Notes under the pieces: model-generated | The model's database searches: none | What the model was told of the DNA's origin: nothing | What the model saw: the letters and a program-made list of their open reading frames with translations, nothing else | Part shown: positions 30,573 to 38,913 of the stretch, piece after piece | Layout of the letters: each line of letters starts with the position of its first letter | How positions within the stretch are numbered: the first letter of the stretch is position 1 | NCBI GenBank assembly: GCA_044451265.1 | Contig: JBIOJX010000001.1 | Coordinates: 1,892 to 65,891, forward strand | DNA: 64,000 bases | Reading direction: 5' to 3' | From: Desulfobaccales bacterium | GTDB taxonomy: Bacteria; Desulfobacterota; Desulfobaccia; Desulfobaccales; 0-14-0-80-60-11 | Program-made: the position numbers and the translations under genes

Positions 30573-30911
30573 TTAGCTGAGAACAGTTTCCACTTCTTTG
30601 AGGATCTTTTTCACCTGGATGGACCCGGCGAACTTGGGTTCCCCGTCGATCACCACCAGAGGAGGAGGATACTTCTTGGTGGCTAGTAGCTGCCCAAGTT
30701 CGCTTTCTTTCTCTGCCGGATGTTCCCTAAGGTCCACATACTCCACCCCAGTCTTACCGGGATAGTTTTCTTCCAAGACGGCCTTGAGTTCGGCCACCTT
30801 TTGCTGCAACATGGCGGCATATTCCGGGGAAAGGCTGGGGTTGCTGCAGGCGCAACCACCACCGACACCCGGCAGGTCGAGGACCTTTACTTCGACAAAG
30901 TCTTTTGCCAT
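30573..30911 (-). CDS. thioredoxin-fold protein with GGGCACS motif (YuzD/ArsD-like)
   Basis: 112 aa. N-terminal CxC in a Gly-rich loop; C-terminal ..YPPPLVVIDGEPKFAGSIQVKKI resembles the ArsD/YuzD C-terminal strand. Family assignment by eye only. Confidence 0.55.
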   Translation of the reverse strand: MAKDFVEVKVLDLPGVGGGCACSNPSLSPEYAAMLQQKVAELKAVLEENYPGKTGVEYVDLREHPAEKESELGQLLATKKYPPPLVVIDGEPKFAGSIQVKKILKEVETVLS

Positions 30912-30945
30912 AGGATTTTCTCCTTAGAGCATCGCATATAATCAA

Positions 30946-30961
30946 AACCGGATAAGCGATT
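30946..30961. promoter_or_regulatory. operator-like 16-mer (weak copy) AACCGGATAAGCGATT upstream of the yuzD/gcvH-like block
   Basis: Member of the AnnCGGnT-AnnCGGAT family seen at six promoters; second half-site degenerate. Confidence 0.25.
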
Positions 30962-31043
30962 ATATTTCAATAAATTATTCGCTGTCCCGCTAGGCCCATA
31001 ACATCCCGGTTAAAAGGGCTTAGATTAATAACTCTCCCGGCCG

Positions 31044-31802
31044 TCATGAACTCTTGAGGGCACGCACTTTTACGCTGAGGATCTTCCCGCGCAAACGCTC
31101 ATCCATTCCCGGCGCCTCATAGTAAGATTCATCAACTACTGCTACTTCCGTAAAGCCGGCGCGCCGGATGGTTTCCAGATAAGCCTCCTTTGCCATGGCT
31201 CCCGCCAGGCAGTCGGCCCAGGCTGCGGCGCTGGCCCGCACGTCCGGGGGCAGTTCGCCGCCCGTCACCAGATCCGCGATCAGTATGCGCCCGCCCGGCT
31301 TCAAAACCCGATGCACCTCTTTAAAACTCGCCAGTTTGTCCGGGGTCAGGTTGATCACGCAATTGCTGATGACCACATCCACGGTCGCCGAATCCACCGG
31401 GAGATGCTCAATATCGCCCTGACGGAACTCCACGTTGCCGAAGCCATGCTCCTGGGCCAGTTGCCGCCCGCGGGCCACCATGTCCTCGGTCATGTCCACG
31501 CCGATGACCCGCCCTTGCTCCCCGACTTTTTTGGCCGCTAGGAAGACGTCGATGCCGGCGCCGGAGCCCAGGTCCAAGACGGTTTCAGCCTCTTTGAGGT
31601 CCGCCAGTGCCGTAGGGTTCCCGCATCCCACGCCCAAAACGGCCAATTCTGGGACCAATTGCAGATCCTCCGCGGTATAGCCCACGGCCAGGCACTGGTC
31701 GGTGGTCGTCGGCCCGCAGGTGGGGCAACAGAAAGTCTGCTCCCCCCGGGCGATCTTGCCGTAACGGTCCTTAATAACATCCTTCAGTTTCTGATTAGCC
31801 AC
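31044..31802 (-). CDS. arsM: arsenite S-adenosylmethionine methyltransferase
   Basis: ..IKDRYGKIA...CC.TCG...VLDLGSGAGIDVFLAAKKVG..GRVIGVDMT..M...VISNCVINL..DK. GTG at 31802 preceded by AAGGAG. Confidence 0.9.
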   Translation of the reverse strand: MANQKLKDVIKDRYGKIARGEQTFCCPTCGPTTTDQCLAVGYTAEDLQLVPELAVLGVGCGNPTALADLKEAETVLDLGSGAGIDVFLAAKKVGEQGRVIGVDMTEDMVARGRQLAQEHGFGNVEFRQGDIEHLPVDSATVDVVISNCVINLTPDKLASFKEVHRVLKPGGRILIADLVTGGELPPDVRASAAAWADCLAGAMAKEAYLETIRRAGFTEVAVVDESYYEAPGMDERLRGKILSVKVRALKSS

Positions 31803-31824
31803 TCTTGCTCCTTGAATGCCGCCC

Positions 31825-32955
31825 TCACAAAATGGCATTGAAGATATAGCCGACGATGGTAATCCCCACGGCCACCACACCGATGAAGACCGCGATGAGC
31901 TTGGGCTTCAATACCTTCCGGAGGATGACTACTTCCGGGAAGGAAATGGCGATGACCGACATCATGAACGCCAGCGTCGTGCCCAGGGCCGCGCCTTTCT
32001 CCATCAGAGCCTGAACGATAGGAATAACGCCAGCTGCGTTGGAGTACCAAGGAACCCCGAAAAGAACCATTGCCGGCACCGACCACCAGGCCTTACCCAT
32101 ATATTTTGCCATCATGCCGGCGGGAATATAGCCGTGAATCGCCGCTCCGGCCCCGATCCCCAAGATGATATAGGGCCAGACCCGGCCCACGATTTCTCTT
32201 ACCTGGTGAAAGCCGTAATCGATGCGGCCCAGCCAGGTTAAGGTTTGCAGGTGGGCCGGAGCCTGCCCCATGCGGATCTCATAGACCCAGTCCTCCACCT
32301 GGCGCTCCATTCCCAGGCGCCCAATGATTATGCCGGTGGAGATGGCAATGATCAGTCCGGTGGTCATATAGAGCAGGGCGATACGCCAGCCGAACATGGC
32401 CCAAAGCAGTGCCAGGGCGATCTCATTCACCATGGGAGCCGTGATTAGAAAGGAAAAGGTGACGCCGATGGGAATGCCCGCTTCCATAAAGCCGATAAAC
32501 AGGGGCACCGCCGAACAAGAACAGAACGGCGTCACCACCCCCAGCGCCCCCGCCAGCCCATGGCCGAGGAACTCCCGTTTGCCAGCCAGGATGGTCCGGG
32601 TGCGCTCGGGGGTGAAAAAGGAGCGTATAACGCCTACGGCCCAGACGATCAGGAGCAGCAGCATGAAGACCTTGGGAATGTCCAGGAAGAAAAAGGCGAC
32701 GGATTCACCCAGGTGGGAGCCCTGGGCGATCCGGAAGGCGTCGTAGGCAATCCAACGGGAGAAGGGGTCCAGCCGGCTATAAATCGGATACCAGGCAATT
32801 AGCGCCAGGGCCAGTAAAAGCATCTTGAGGGTTTGACTGGCCGACACCGCCGCGATTGCGGCTTTCAATTTGGAAATGGGTTGTTCGGTCGTTTCAGCGG
32901 CGATTTCCATCGCCACCGCCTGCTCTTGAGGATTTTGGTTATCCATGGTTGACAT
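31825..32955 (-). CDS. arsP: ArsP-type permease (PF03773-like; organoarsenical efflux candidate)
   Basis: Multi-helix membrane protein with the TPFCSCSAVPLF vicinal-Cys motif characteristic of this permease family. Confidence 0.75.
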   Translation of the reverse strand: MSTMDNQNPQEQAVAMEIAAETTEQPISKLKAAIAAVSASQTLKMLLLALALIAWYPIYSRLDPFSRWIAYDAFRIAQGSHLGESVAFFFLDIPKVFMLLLLIVWAVGVIRSFFTPERTRTILAGKREFLGHGLAGALGVVTPFCSCSAVPLFIGFMEAGIPIGVTFSFLITAPMVNEIALALLWAMFGWRIALLYMTTGLIIAISTGIIIGRLGMERQVEDWVYEIRMGQAPAHLQTLTWLGRIDYGFHQVREIVGRVWPYIILGIGAGAAIHGYIPAGMMAKYMGKAWWSVPAMVLFGVPWYSNAAGVIPIVQALMEKGAALGTTLAFMMSVIAISFPEVVILRKVLKPKLIAVFIGVVAVGITIVGYIFNAIL

Positions 32956-32994
32956 CCCTTAAAGGAAAACAATTTTCCTAATCAAACTAATTAA

Positions 32995-33690
32995 TTACCA
33001 GGAGCGAACTCCCTGGAAAAAAAAATAACATCCGGCAAAGAAGATCAGGCCGCCGGCCGCCTTCTGGAGCATGGTACCCACCCTGGCGCTTTTAGATTGC
33101 AGGTAACTCTCGATCACTCCGGTAAAGGTGCCGGCCAGCAAGATCAGCGTCCCCTGTCCCAGAGCATAAGCGAACAGCAAAGTGCTTCCATAGGCCACCT
33201 CGCCCTTTACCGCGGCCATGGTCAGGATTACCGCCAACACCGGGGAGGCGCAGGGAGAGAGCACCAAGCCGAACAGCGCCCCTAAAATCAAGGCGCCGAT
33301 CAAGCCGGTGCGTTGGGGCAAAAATCGTTGCGCGTTGCCGCCCAGCTTCAGGTTTATGACTCCGGCCAATTGCAACCCCATGACGATGAGGATGACGCCT
33401 ACCACAAAATACCAGTAGGTCCCCACATCGCCGAACATGGTGCCCATTAGAGCCGCCATCGCCCCCAGGATGGACATGACCACGGCCAGCCCCACCACGA
33501 AGGTGAGGGAGTAGAAAAAGGCCTGTTTTTTATTGCCGCCGGCATAGCCGCCGACGAAGCCGATGACCAGGGGGATGCTGGCCAGGATACAGGGACTGGC
33601 GGTGGCGATCACCCCACCCAAATAACTGGCGCCGTAGGCCAGGACGGGACGGGTCTGCATGACCTGGCCCAAAGTTTCACTCCATGCCAT
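32995..33690 (-). CDS. ccdA: cytochrome c biogenesis/thiol-disulfide electron transporter CcdA (DsbD membrane core)
   Basis: Two conserved membrane Cys: ..TASPCILASIPLV.. and ..VLSPCASPVLAVIL.. Confidence 0.88.
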   Translation of the reverse strand: MAWSETLGQVMQTRPVLAYGASYLGGVIATASPCILASIPLVIGFVGGYAGGNKKQAFFYSLTFVVGLAVVMSILGAMAALMGTMFGDVGTYWYFVVGVILIVMGLQLAGVINLKLGGNAQRFLPQRTGLIGALILGALFGLVLSPCASPVLAVILTMAAVKGEVAYGSTLLFAYALGQGTLILLAGTFTGVIESYLQSKSARVGTMLQKAAGGLIFFAGCYFFFQGVRSW

Positions 33691-33705
33691 GAATGGTCTC
33701 CTAAG

Positions 33706-34092
33706 TTAGCGGATGAACTTCAATTCCTGCAGCTTCTTGAGGACCTCTTCTTTGGATAAGGCGCCCAAATGGCGATCCACTTCTTTGCCTTCGGGATTCA
33801 GGAACACCTGGGTGGGGATGGCTACGATCTTGTATTCCCCGAACATGGGCTTTTCCTCATCCACATAGATCATGCGAAATTCCACCTGATCGCCATGGCT
33901 GGTTTTCAAGGCCGCCATGACCTCTTTCATCTCTTTACAGGGGATGCAATACTTGGAGCCGAATTCGAAAAGCGCCGGCTTGCCTTTAGCCGCAGCCGAA
34001 CCCTGCGCCTGGGTCGGCATGGCCTGCCAGACCAGCAGAAAACCGACCACCAGGCAAAACAAACCGACCAAAGTTCCACGTAACAATTTCAT
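33706..34092 (-). CDS. exported thioredoxin (TlpA/ResA-like)
   Basis: Signal/anchor helix; ALFEFGSKYCIPCKEM (CxxC); thioredoxin-fold C-terminus. Confidence 0.85.
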   Translation of the reverse strand: MKLLRGTLVGLFCLVVGFLLVWQAMPTQAQGSAAAKGKPALFEFGSKYCIPCKEMKEVMAALKTSHGDQVEFRMIYVDEEKPMFGEYKIVAIPTQVFLNPEGKEVDRHLGALSKEEVLKKLQELKFIR

Positions 34093-34141
34093 TAGTACCC
34101 TTCCTTAGTGCAGTGATTGAAGTCAGACTCGCTGACTTAAT

Positions 34142-34157
34142 AACCGGGTATCCGGAT
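34142..34157. promoter_or_regulatory. operator-like 16-mer AACCGGGTATCCGGAT upstream of the trx-ccdA-arsP-arsM block
   Basis: Lies in the 161-nt gap upstream of the trx start (34092). Same AnnCGGnT-AnnCGGAT pattern as the arsR/acr3 promoters. Confidence 0.4.
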
Positions 34158-34253
34158 TTATAAATATTAAACCATGGCAGGAGATAAATCCGGCGCGCCT
34201 CGAATAACTTTTTTCGCCCGGACCCAAATATCTTCCCATTAGTTCCCCCAGAA

Positions 34254-35129
34254 TTACCGAGACGCCGGCGGGATCAACAGCACCGGGCACATCGCCAACC
34301 GGGAAACATTATGGGCCACGCTGCCCAGGAAAACCTCTTTGATAAAACCTTTCCCCTGAGTGCCCATGACGACGAGAGCGATGTCCTGGGTTTCCAACAC
34401 CCGCAGAATTGCCGGGAGCGGATGGCCCGGATCAAAGACCGAGTGCACCAGAGGAATATCAGCGCCGTTAAGACGCACCGTCCAGGCATTTAGGGAATCC
34501 CTGGCTTTGGCTTCCGCCATCTCCTGGTAGCCCGGCGGGTAGGCCTCTCCTCCCGGCACGTCCAGAGCGTGGAGCAGGGTAACCTCTCTCAGGCCTTTGG
34601 CCGCCAGGCGCTCCACATAATCCAAGGCCCGGAACGATATTACCGAAAAGTCCGTAGGCAAGAGCACATGACGGAGCATCTGGGTGCAGGAGATTTCACA
34701 CGAGCCCGGCTTACCAGGCATTTTTAATCGCACATTGAGCAGCAATACGGGGTATTCGGCATGATGCAACACCGCACAGGTAAAGCACCCCAGCACCCCT
34801 TCCCGCCAGAGCGATTGGCCGTGGGAGCCCAGCACGATCAGATCGGCGCCATAGCGACAGGCGATATCGTTCAAAGAATCGGCCGGCAGGCCCACCGGGG
34901 TCTCCACCGTCACTTGCAGCCCCTGGGCTTCCAGTTGCTGCTGCTGCTCCTCCAGTCTGGGCCGGGCCGCAGCCTGGAGGCTGCCTTCCATCCCCGCCAT
35001 GAACTTAATGCTAATCACATAGGTCAAGATTATCTGTTTACACCCCAGGGCTTTAAATTCTCCGGCGCAGGCCACAACTTCATCCCAGGCGGGAGACAGG
35101 TCGGTGGCCAGGACAATGCGCTCGAACAT
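34254..35129 (-). CDS. tandem-domain universal stress protein
   Basis: Two Usp repeats, each ending in G(S/T)(H/Q)G....GSVA..V / VLLI motifs. Confidence 0.85.
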   Translation of the reverse strand: MFERIVLATDLSPAWDEVVACAGEFKALGCKQIILTYVISIKFMAGMEGSLQAAARPRLEEQQQQLEAQGLQVTVETPVGLPADSLNDIACRYGADLIVLGSHGQSLWREGVLGCFTCAVLHHAEYPVLLLNVRLKMPGKPGSCEISCTQMLRHVLLPTDFSVISFRALDYVERLAAKGLREVTLLHALDVPGGEAYPPGYQEMAEAKARDSLNAWTVRLNGADIPLVHSVFDPGHPLPAILRVLETQDIALVVMGTQGKGFIKEVFLGSVAHNVSRLAMCPVLLIPPASR

Positions 35130-35172
35130 CCCTCAACTCCTTCTTGGTGAAGGTTTATCCGTCTCCTTGAGG

Positions 35173-36051
35173 TCAGCGCTGCGCCGGCGGGATCAACAGC
35201 ACCGGGCACGTCGCCAGCCGGGAGACATTATGGGCCAAGCTGCCCAGAAAAAGTTCTTGGATAAAACCTTTCCCCTGGGTGCCCATGACGATTAACGAGA
35301 TATCTTGAGATTCCAGGACCTGTAGGATGGCCGGAAGGGGATGTCCCGGGTCGAAGCGGTCATGAACTGCGGGAACGCCGCCTTTCAGCAGCCGTTGCTT
35401 CCATTGCTCCAGCAAGTCCCGGGTCGCCCCTTCGGCGATCTCCTGGTAGCCCGGCGGATAGGCCGCCTCCCCTCCAGGCACATCCAGGGCACTGAGCAGA
35501 GTTACCTGGCCTATTCCCTTGGCCGCCAAACTCTCGACAAATTCACCGGCCCGCACCCCGATTGCCGAAAAATCAGTGGGAAAGAGGACGTGGCGCAACA
35601 ATGAGCCGCAATGCAGACGGCAGGGGTCCGCTTCCTGGTCCTTTCTAACCCGCACATTAATGAGCAAGGTGGGATACCTGCTATGGTGGAGCACCGCGCA
35701 GCTGAAGCACCCCAGCACCGCCTCCCTCCAGAGAGCGGTGCCGTGGGAGCCCAACACGATCAGATCAGCGCCATAGCGACAGGCGATATCGTTCAAAGAA
35801 TAGGCCGGCAAGCCGATGGGCATCTCCACTTCTGCTTGCAATCCCTGAGCTTCCAGTTGCTGTCGCTGCGCTTCCAGCTTGGGTCGGACATCGGCCCGCA
35901 GCCTTTCTTCCAGCCCCACCAGGAATTTGGTGACGATGACGTTGGTCAAGATCACCCGGGAACACCCAAGGGCCTTAAATTCTCCGGCGCAGGCTACCAC
36001 TTCATCCAAGGCGGGTGACAGGTCGGTGGCCAGCACGATGGTCTTAAACAT
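35173..36051 (-). CDS. tandem-domain universal stress protein (paralog)
   Basis: Collinear with 34254-35129 at high identity, including at nucleotide level near the 3' ends. Confidence 0.85.
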   Translation of the reverse strand: MFKTIVLATDLSPALDEVVACAGEFKALGCSRVILTNVIVTKFLVGLEERLRADVRPKLEAQRQQLEAQGLQAEVEMPIGLPAYSLNDIACRYGADLIVLGSHGTALWREAVLGCFSCAVLHHSRYPTLLINVRVRKDQEADPCRLHCGSLLRHVLFPTDFSAIGVRAGEFVESLAAKGIGQVTLLSALDVPGGEAAYPPGYQEIAEGATRDLLEQWKQRLLKGGVPAVHDRFDPGHPLPAILQVLESQDISLIVMGTQGKGFIQELFLGSLAHNVSRLATCPVLLIPPAQR

Positions 36052-36094
36052 GAGGATACCTCTTGAATTTCATAAAATTCTTGCTCCCCTCGGA

Positions 36095-37267
36095 TTAATC
36101 AGCCTGACTGGGTGGATTTGCATGGGCGCAAGTGGGACAGACATATAAGTCTTGATCCCCGCGCCGCCCCTTCAGAAGAGTGGCTTGAGTCGCCTCGATG
36201 CCGCAATCTGCACAGCATAAGGGAGTAAAATATTTTTTCCTGAACCATAGAGCCACGCCCACCAGGCTGATCAGCACCGGCACCTCCACCAGGGGGCCGA
36301 TGACTGCGGCGAAGGCCTCGCCCGACTGGAGCCCGAAGACTGCCACGGCCACTGCGATGGCCAGTTCGAAATTATTGCTGGCGGCAGTAAACGACAGGGT
36401 GGCGGAAATGCGATAGCCCGCCCCGGCCTTGGCCGACATATAAAACGTCACAAAAAACATGATGAAGAAATAGATGGTCAGGGGAATGGCGATGCGCACC
36501 ACATCCAGAGGGAGTTGCACGATATACTCGCCCTTGAGAGAGAACATCACCGCAATGGTGAATAGCAAGGCAATGAGGGTGATGGGGCTGATCTTGGGCA
36601 TGAATTTTTCTTCATACCACTTAATCCCCTTACGTTTGACCAGGAAGAAGCGGGTGAACATGCCGCCGAAGAAGGGGATGCCCAGGTAAATCATCACGCT
36701 TTCCGCCACCTGGAGGATGGTGACCTTGACTTCCAGACCCGAGGCGACCCCCAGCCAGGCGGGTAGCACCGTGACAAAAAGATAGGCGTAGATGGAGAAG
36801 AACAGCATCTGGAAGATGGAGTTGAAGGCCACCAGCCCGGCGCAGTATTCCGTATCGCCCTGGGCCAGGTCGTTCCAGACGATGACCATGGCGATGCAGC
36901 GGGCCAGGCCGATGATGATCAGCCCCACCATGTAGTGCGGGTAGCCCTGGAGAAAGGTGATAGCCAGCAGGAACATGAGGATGGGGCCGATCACCCAATT
37001 CTGCATCAAGGATAGGAACAAGACCTTGAAGTTTTTAAAAACCTGGGGCAGTTCCTCGTAGCGCACCTTGGCCAGCGGCGGGTACATCATCAGAATCAAG
37101 CCAATGGCGATGGGAATATTGGTGGTGCCCACCTGAAAGTAGGTCAACGCCTTGGTAAAACTGGGGACCAAATACCCCAGGGCAACTCCGGTAGCCATGG
37201 TCAGGAAAATCCAGAGGGTCAAGAAGCGCTCAACGAAACCCAGGCGTTTGGCAACAGTGGCGGCCAT
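36095..37267 (-). CDS. acr3: arsenite efflux transporter, ACR3 family, with extra C-terminal Cys-rich tail
   Basis: ..[14 protein letters not shown].., ..[12 protein letters not shown].., ..[13 protein letters not shown].. ACR3 hallmarks. Last 43 aa: [10 protein letters not shown]21-CPTCAH. Confidence 0.92.
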   Translation of the reverse strand: MAATVAKRLGFVERFLTLWIFLTMATGVALGYLVPSFTKALTYFQVGTTNIPIAIGLILMMYPPLAKVRYEELPQVFKNFKVLFLSLMQNWVIGPILMFLLAITFLQGYPHYMVGLIIIGLARCIAMVIVWNDLAQGDTEYCAGLVAFNSIFQMLFFSIYAYLFVTVLPAWLGVASGLEVKVTILQVAESVMIYLGIPFFGGMFTRFFLVKRKGIKWYEEKFMPKISPITLIALLFTIAVMFSLKGEYIVQLPLDVVRIAIPLTIYFFIMFFVTFYMSAKAGAGYRISATLSFTAASNNFELAIAVAVAVFGLQSGEAFAAVIGPLVEVPVLISLVGVALWFRKKYFTPLCCADCGIEATQATLLKGRRGDQDLYVCPTCAHANPPSQAD

Positions 37268-37289
37268 ATCGAGCTCCTATCTCTTTGAT

Positions 37290-37305
37290 ATCCGTATAAC
37301 CGTTT
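37290..37305. promoter_or_regulatory. operator-like 16-mer ATCCGTATAACCGTTT (reverse complement AAACGGTTATACGGAT) upstream of acr3
   Basis: 22 nt upstream of the acr3 ATG. A TTGACT -35-like hexamer lies further upstream on the coding strand. Confidence 0.4.
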
Positions 37306-37339
37306 TATTAAGTATCATCTAGTCAAAAAAATTTAGTTT

Positions 37340-37735
37340 TCAGGCAGTTTCGGGGGGCACCTCTTGATGACCGGTGGTCGGCACCTTCGCACACTTGGAA
37401 TGCCTTTTGGCCTCCAGGCAATGTTCCAGTTGCCCCCTTAATTCCTGGGCTTCGGGTTGAGGCGCCAACATTTCCGAAAGGAGCTTGAGCAGCTTCTCCC
37501 CCGGGCTACCGGGGAGTACGGTTAGGCGGTAGTTCATCCACAGTCCGTCCCGCCGGTCCGTGACCCAACCCAGGTGATAGAGATAGCGCAGGTGCCTGGA
37601 GGCCTTGGATTGGGTGATGCCCAAGACGTTGATAACATCGCAAACACAAAGTTCTTCAGCCGCTGACAAGAGCCAGAGGATTTTCAGCCGGGTCTCGTCC
37701 GCCAGGGATTTGAAGAATCTTGCCTCTCTTTTCAT
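37340..37735 (-). CDS. arsR: ArsR-family metalloregulator
   Basis: LADETRLKILWLLSAAEELCVCDVINVLGITQSKASRHLRYL, with the ELCVCD As(III)-binding motif. Confidence 0.88.
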   Translation of the reverse strand: MKREARFFKSLADETRLKILWLLSAAEELCVCDVINVLGITQSKASRHLRYLYHLGWVTDRRDGLWMNYRLTVLPGSPGEKLLKLLSEMLAPQPEAQELRGQLEHCLEAKRHSKCAKVPTTGHQEVPPETA

Positions 37736-37748
37736 ACTATTTCTTTAT

Positions 37749-37764
37749 ATCCGGTTAACCGAAT
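37749..37764. promoter_or_regulatory. operator-like 16-mer ATCCGGTTAACCGAAT (near-palindrome) upstream of arsR (37340-37735)
   Basis: On the coding strand: TTGACT-attcggttaaccgga-TATAAA, so the motif fills the -35/-10 spacer. Confidence 0.45.
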
Positions 37765-37813
37765 AGTCAACATAAAAAATTCTATCAATCCGATTAGGTA
37801 TAAGCAATCGACT

Positions 37814-38188
37814 TCAGGAGCACTGACAGGCCGCGGCGCTCGCCTCCTTGCTTTGGCCTTTGGCTGCCAGCCACTGTTCCAAACGATCCCGCAGAGTCTC
37901 GGCTTCCGGATGGGAACTAAAAATGTCTGCCAGCAATTTTAGCTGTTTGTCCTCCGGGCTGCCGGGGGTGACACTCAGCCGATAATTCATCCACGCTCCT
38001 TCCCGACGGTCGGTGACCCAACCCAGGTGATAAAGATAACGGAGATGACGGGAAGCCTTGGACTGGGTGATCCCCAGGACTCCCATGATGTCGCAGACAC
38101 AGAGCTCTTCTTTCAACATCAGGAGCCAGAAGATCTTCAGCCGAGTTTCATCGGCCAGGGATTTAAAGAGGGCGGCTTCGTTTTTCAT
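37814..38188 (-). CDS. arsR: ArsR-family metalloregulator (paralog)
   Basis: LADETRLKIFWLLMLKEELCVCDIMGVLGITQSKASRHLRYL. Confidence 0.88.
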   Translation of the reverse strand: MKNEAALFKSLADETRLKIFWLLMLKEELCVCDIMGVLGITQSKASRHLRYLYHLGWVTDRREGAWMNYRLSVTPGSPEDKQLKLLADIFSSHPEAETLRDRLEQWLAAKGQSKEASAAACQCS

Positions 38189-38199
38189 AAATTTTTTAT

Positions 38200-38215
38200 A
38201 ACCGGATAACCGGAT
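38200..38215. promoter_or_regulatory. operator-like 16-mer AACCGGATAACCGGAT upstream of arsR (37814-38188)
   Basis: On the coding strand: TTGACA-acatccggttatccggt-TATAAA, so the motif fills the 17-nt -35/-10 spacer. Confidence 0.45.
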
Positions 38216-38378
38216 GTTGTCAACTGATTATTATATTGGTCTCTTGGGGGCAAGATTTGCTGCCGGCTTGTCTGCTGCCGCCGGTGGTTGGGCGTATTAC
38301 AGATTGAAATAGCCCCTGAAATGAACCTGGCCATTTACAGGGGCTGTCCCTCAACCGCTCAGCACTTGTGGCGTAAGG

Positions 38379-38861
38379 CTATACGGCTGTAATTGTTATC
38401 GGAGTGGCTGCCGCGATCGTATCCGAGATAGGGCATCTTAAGCGCAACTCTGCAAAGAAGCATTTTCGCTCCATCTCCGACATTGCAGAGTCAAGTGTCA
38501 CGCTGACATTAATGCCAGTGACGCCTGGTCTGCTGTCTCGGCTTTTGCCGTATAAGATATTCAAATCCAATGAACCTTCGACTGTTATATCCATGCCGTT
38601 CAAATCGAGTTTCTTCTGGTTGGCAATGATTCTGGCCGTAGTGGCAATGCAACCTGCCAATGAAGCAAACAGATACTCCATCGGGCTGGCTCCGGCGTCG
38701 GTGCCGCCGGCAAACAACGGCTGATCAACATAAAGAGTCCGCTCCCCCGCTTCTACGGCAACCTTATATTTATCATCCGTCCTCGCCTCAATGCGGAAAG
38801 TTTTTATTTTGGCCTTCGTTTCCGCGTTACTGCCTGTTGCGCAACAACCGGTGTTACTCAT
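38379..38861 (-). CDS. OsmC-family protein with N-terminal MSNTGCC tag
   Basis: ..AGGTDAGASPMEYLFASLAGCIATT.. and ..LRCPISDTI.. OsmC pattern. Start taken as ATGAGT after the GGAGG SD; the long upstream extension in the track is rejected. Confidence 0.75.
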   Translation of the reverse strand: MSNTGCCATGSNAETKAKIKTFRIEARTDDKYKVAVEAGERTLYVDQPLFAGGTDAGASPMEYLFASLAGCIATTARIIANQKKLDLNGMDITVEGSLDLNILYGKSRDSRPGVTGINVSVTLDSAMSEMERKCFFAELRLRCPISDTIAAATPITITAV

Positions 38862-38913
38862 AAGTACCTCCATCCAGGGTAGGTCTCCCTGGAATTGTCT
38901 CAGTCGGTAAGGA

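Noticed and set aside
34119-34139. Perfect 7-bp hairpin aagtcag-actcg-ctgactt, considered as a terminator after the Usp genes.
   Set aside because: No U tract follows on the transcribed (minus) strand, and it sits just beside the operator-like motif. Its function is unclear, so it is not called.
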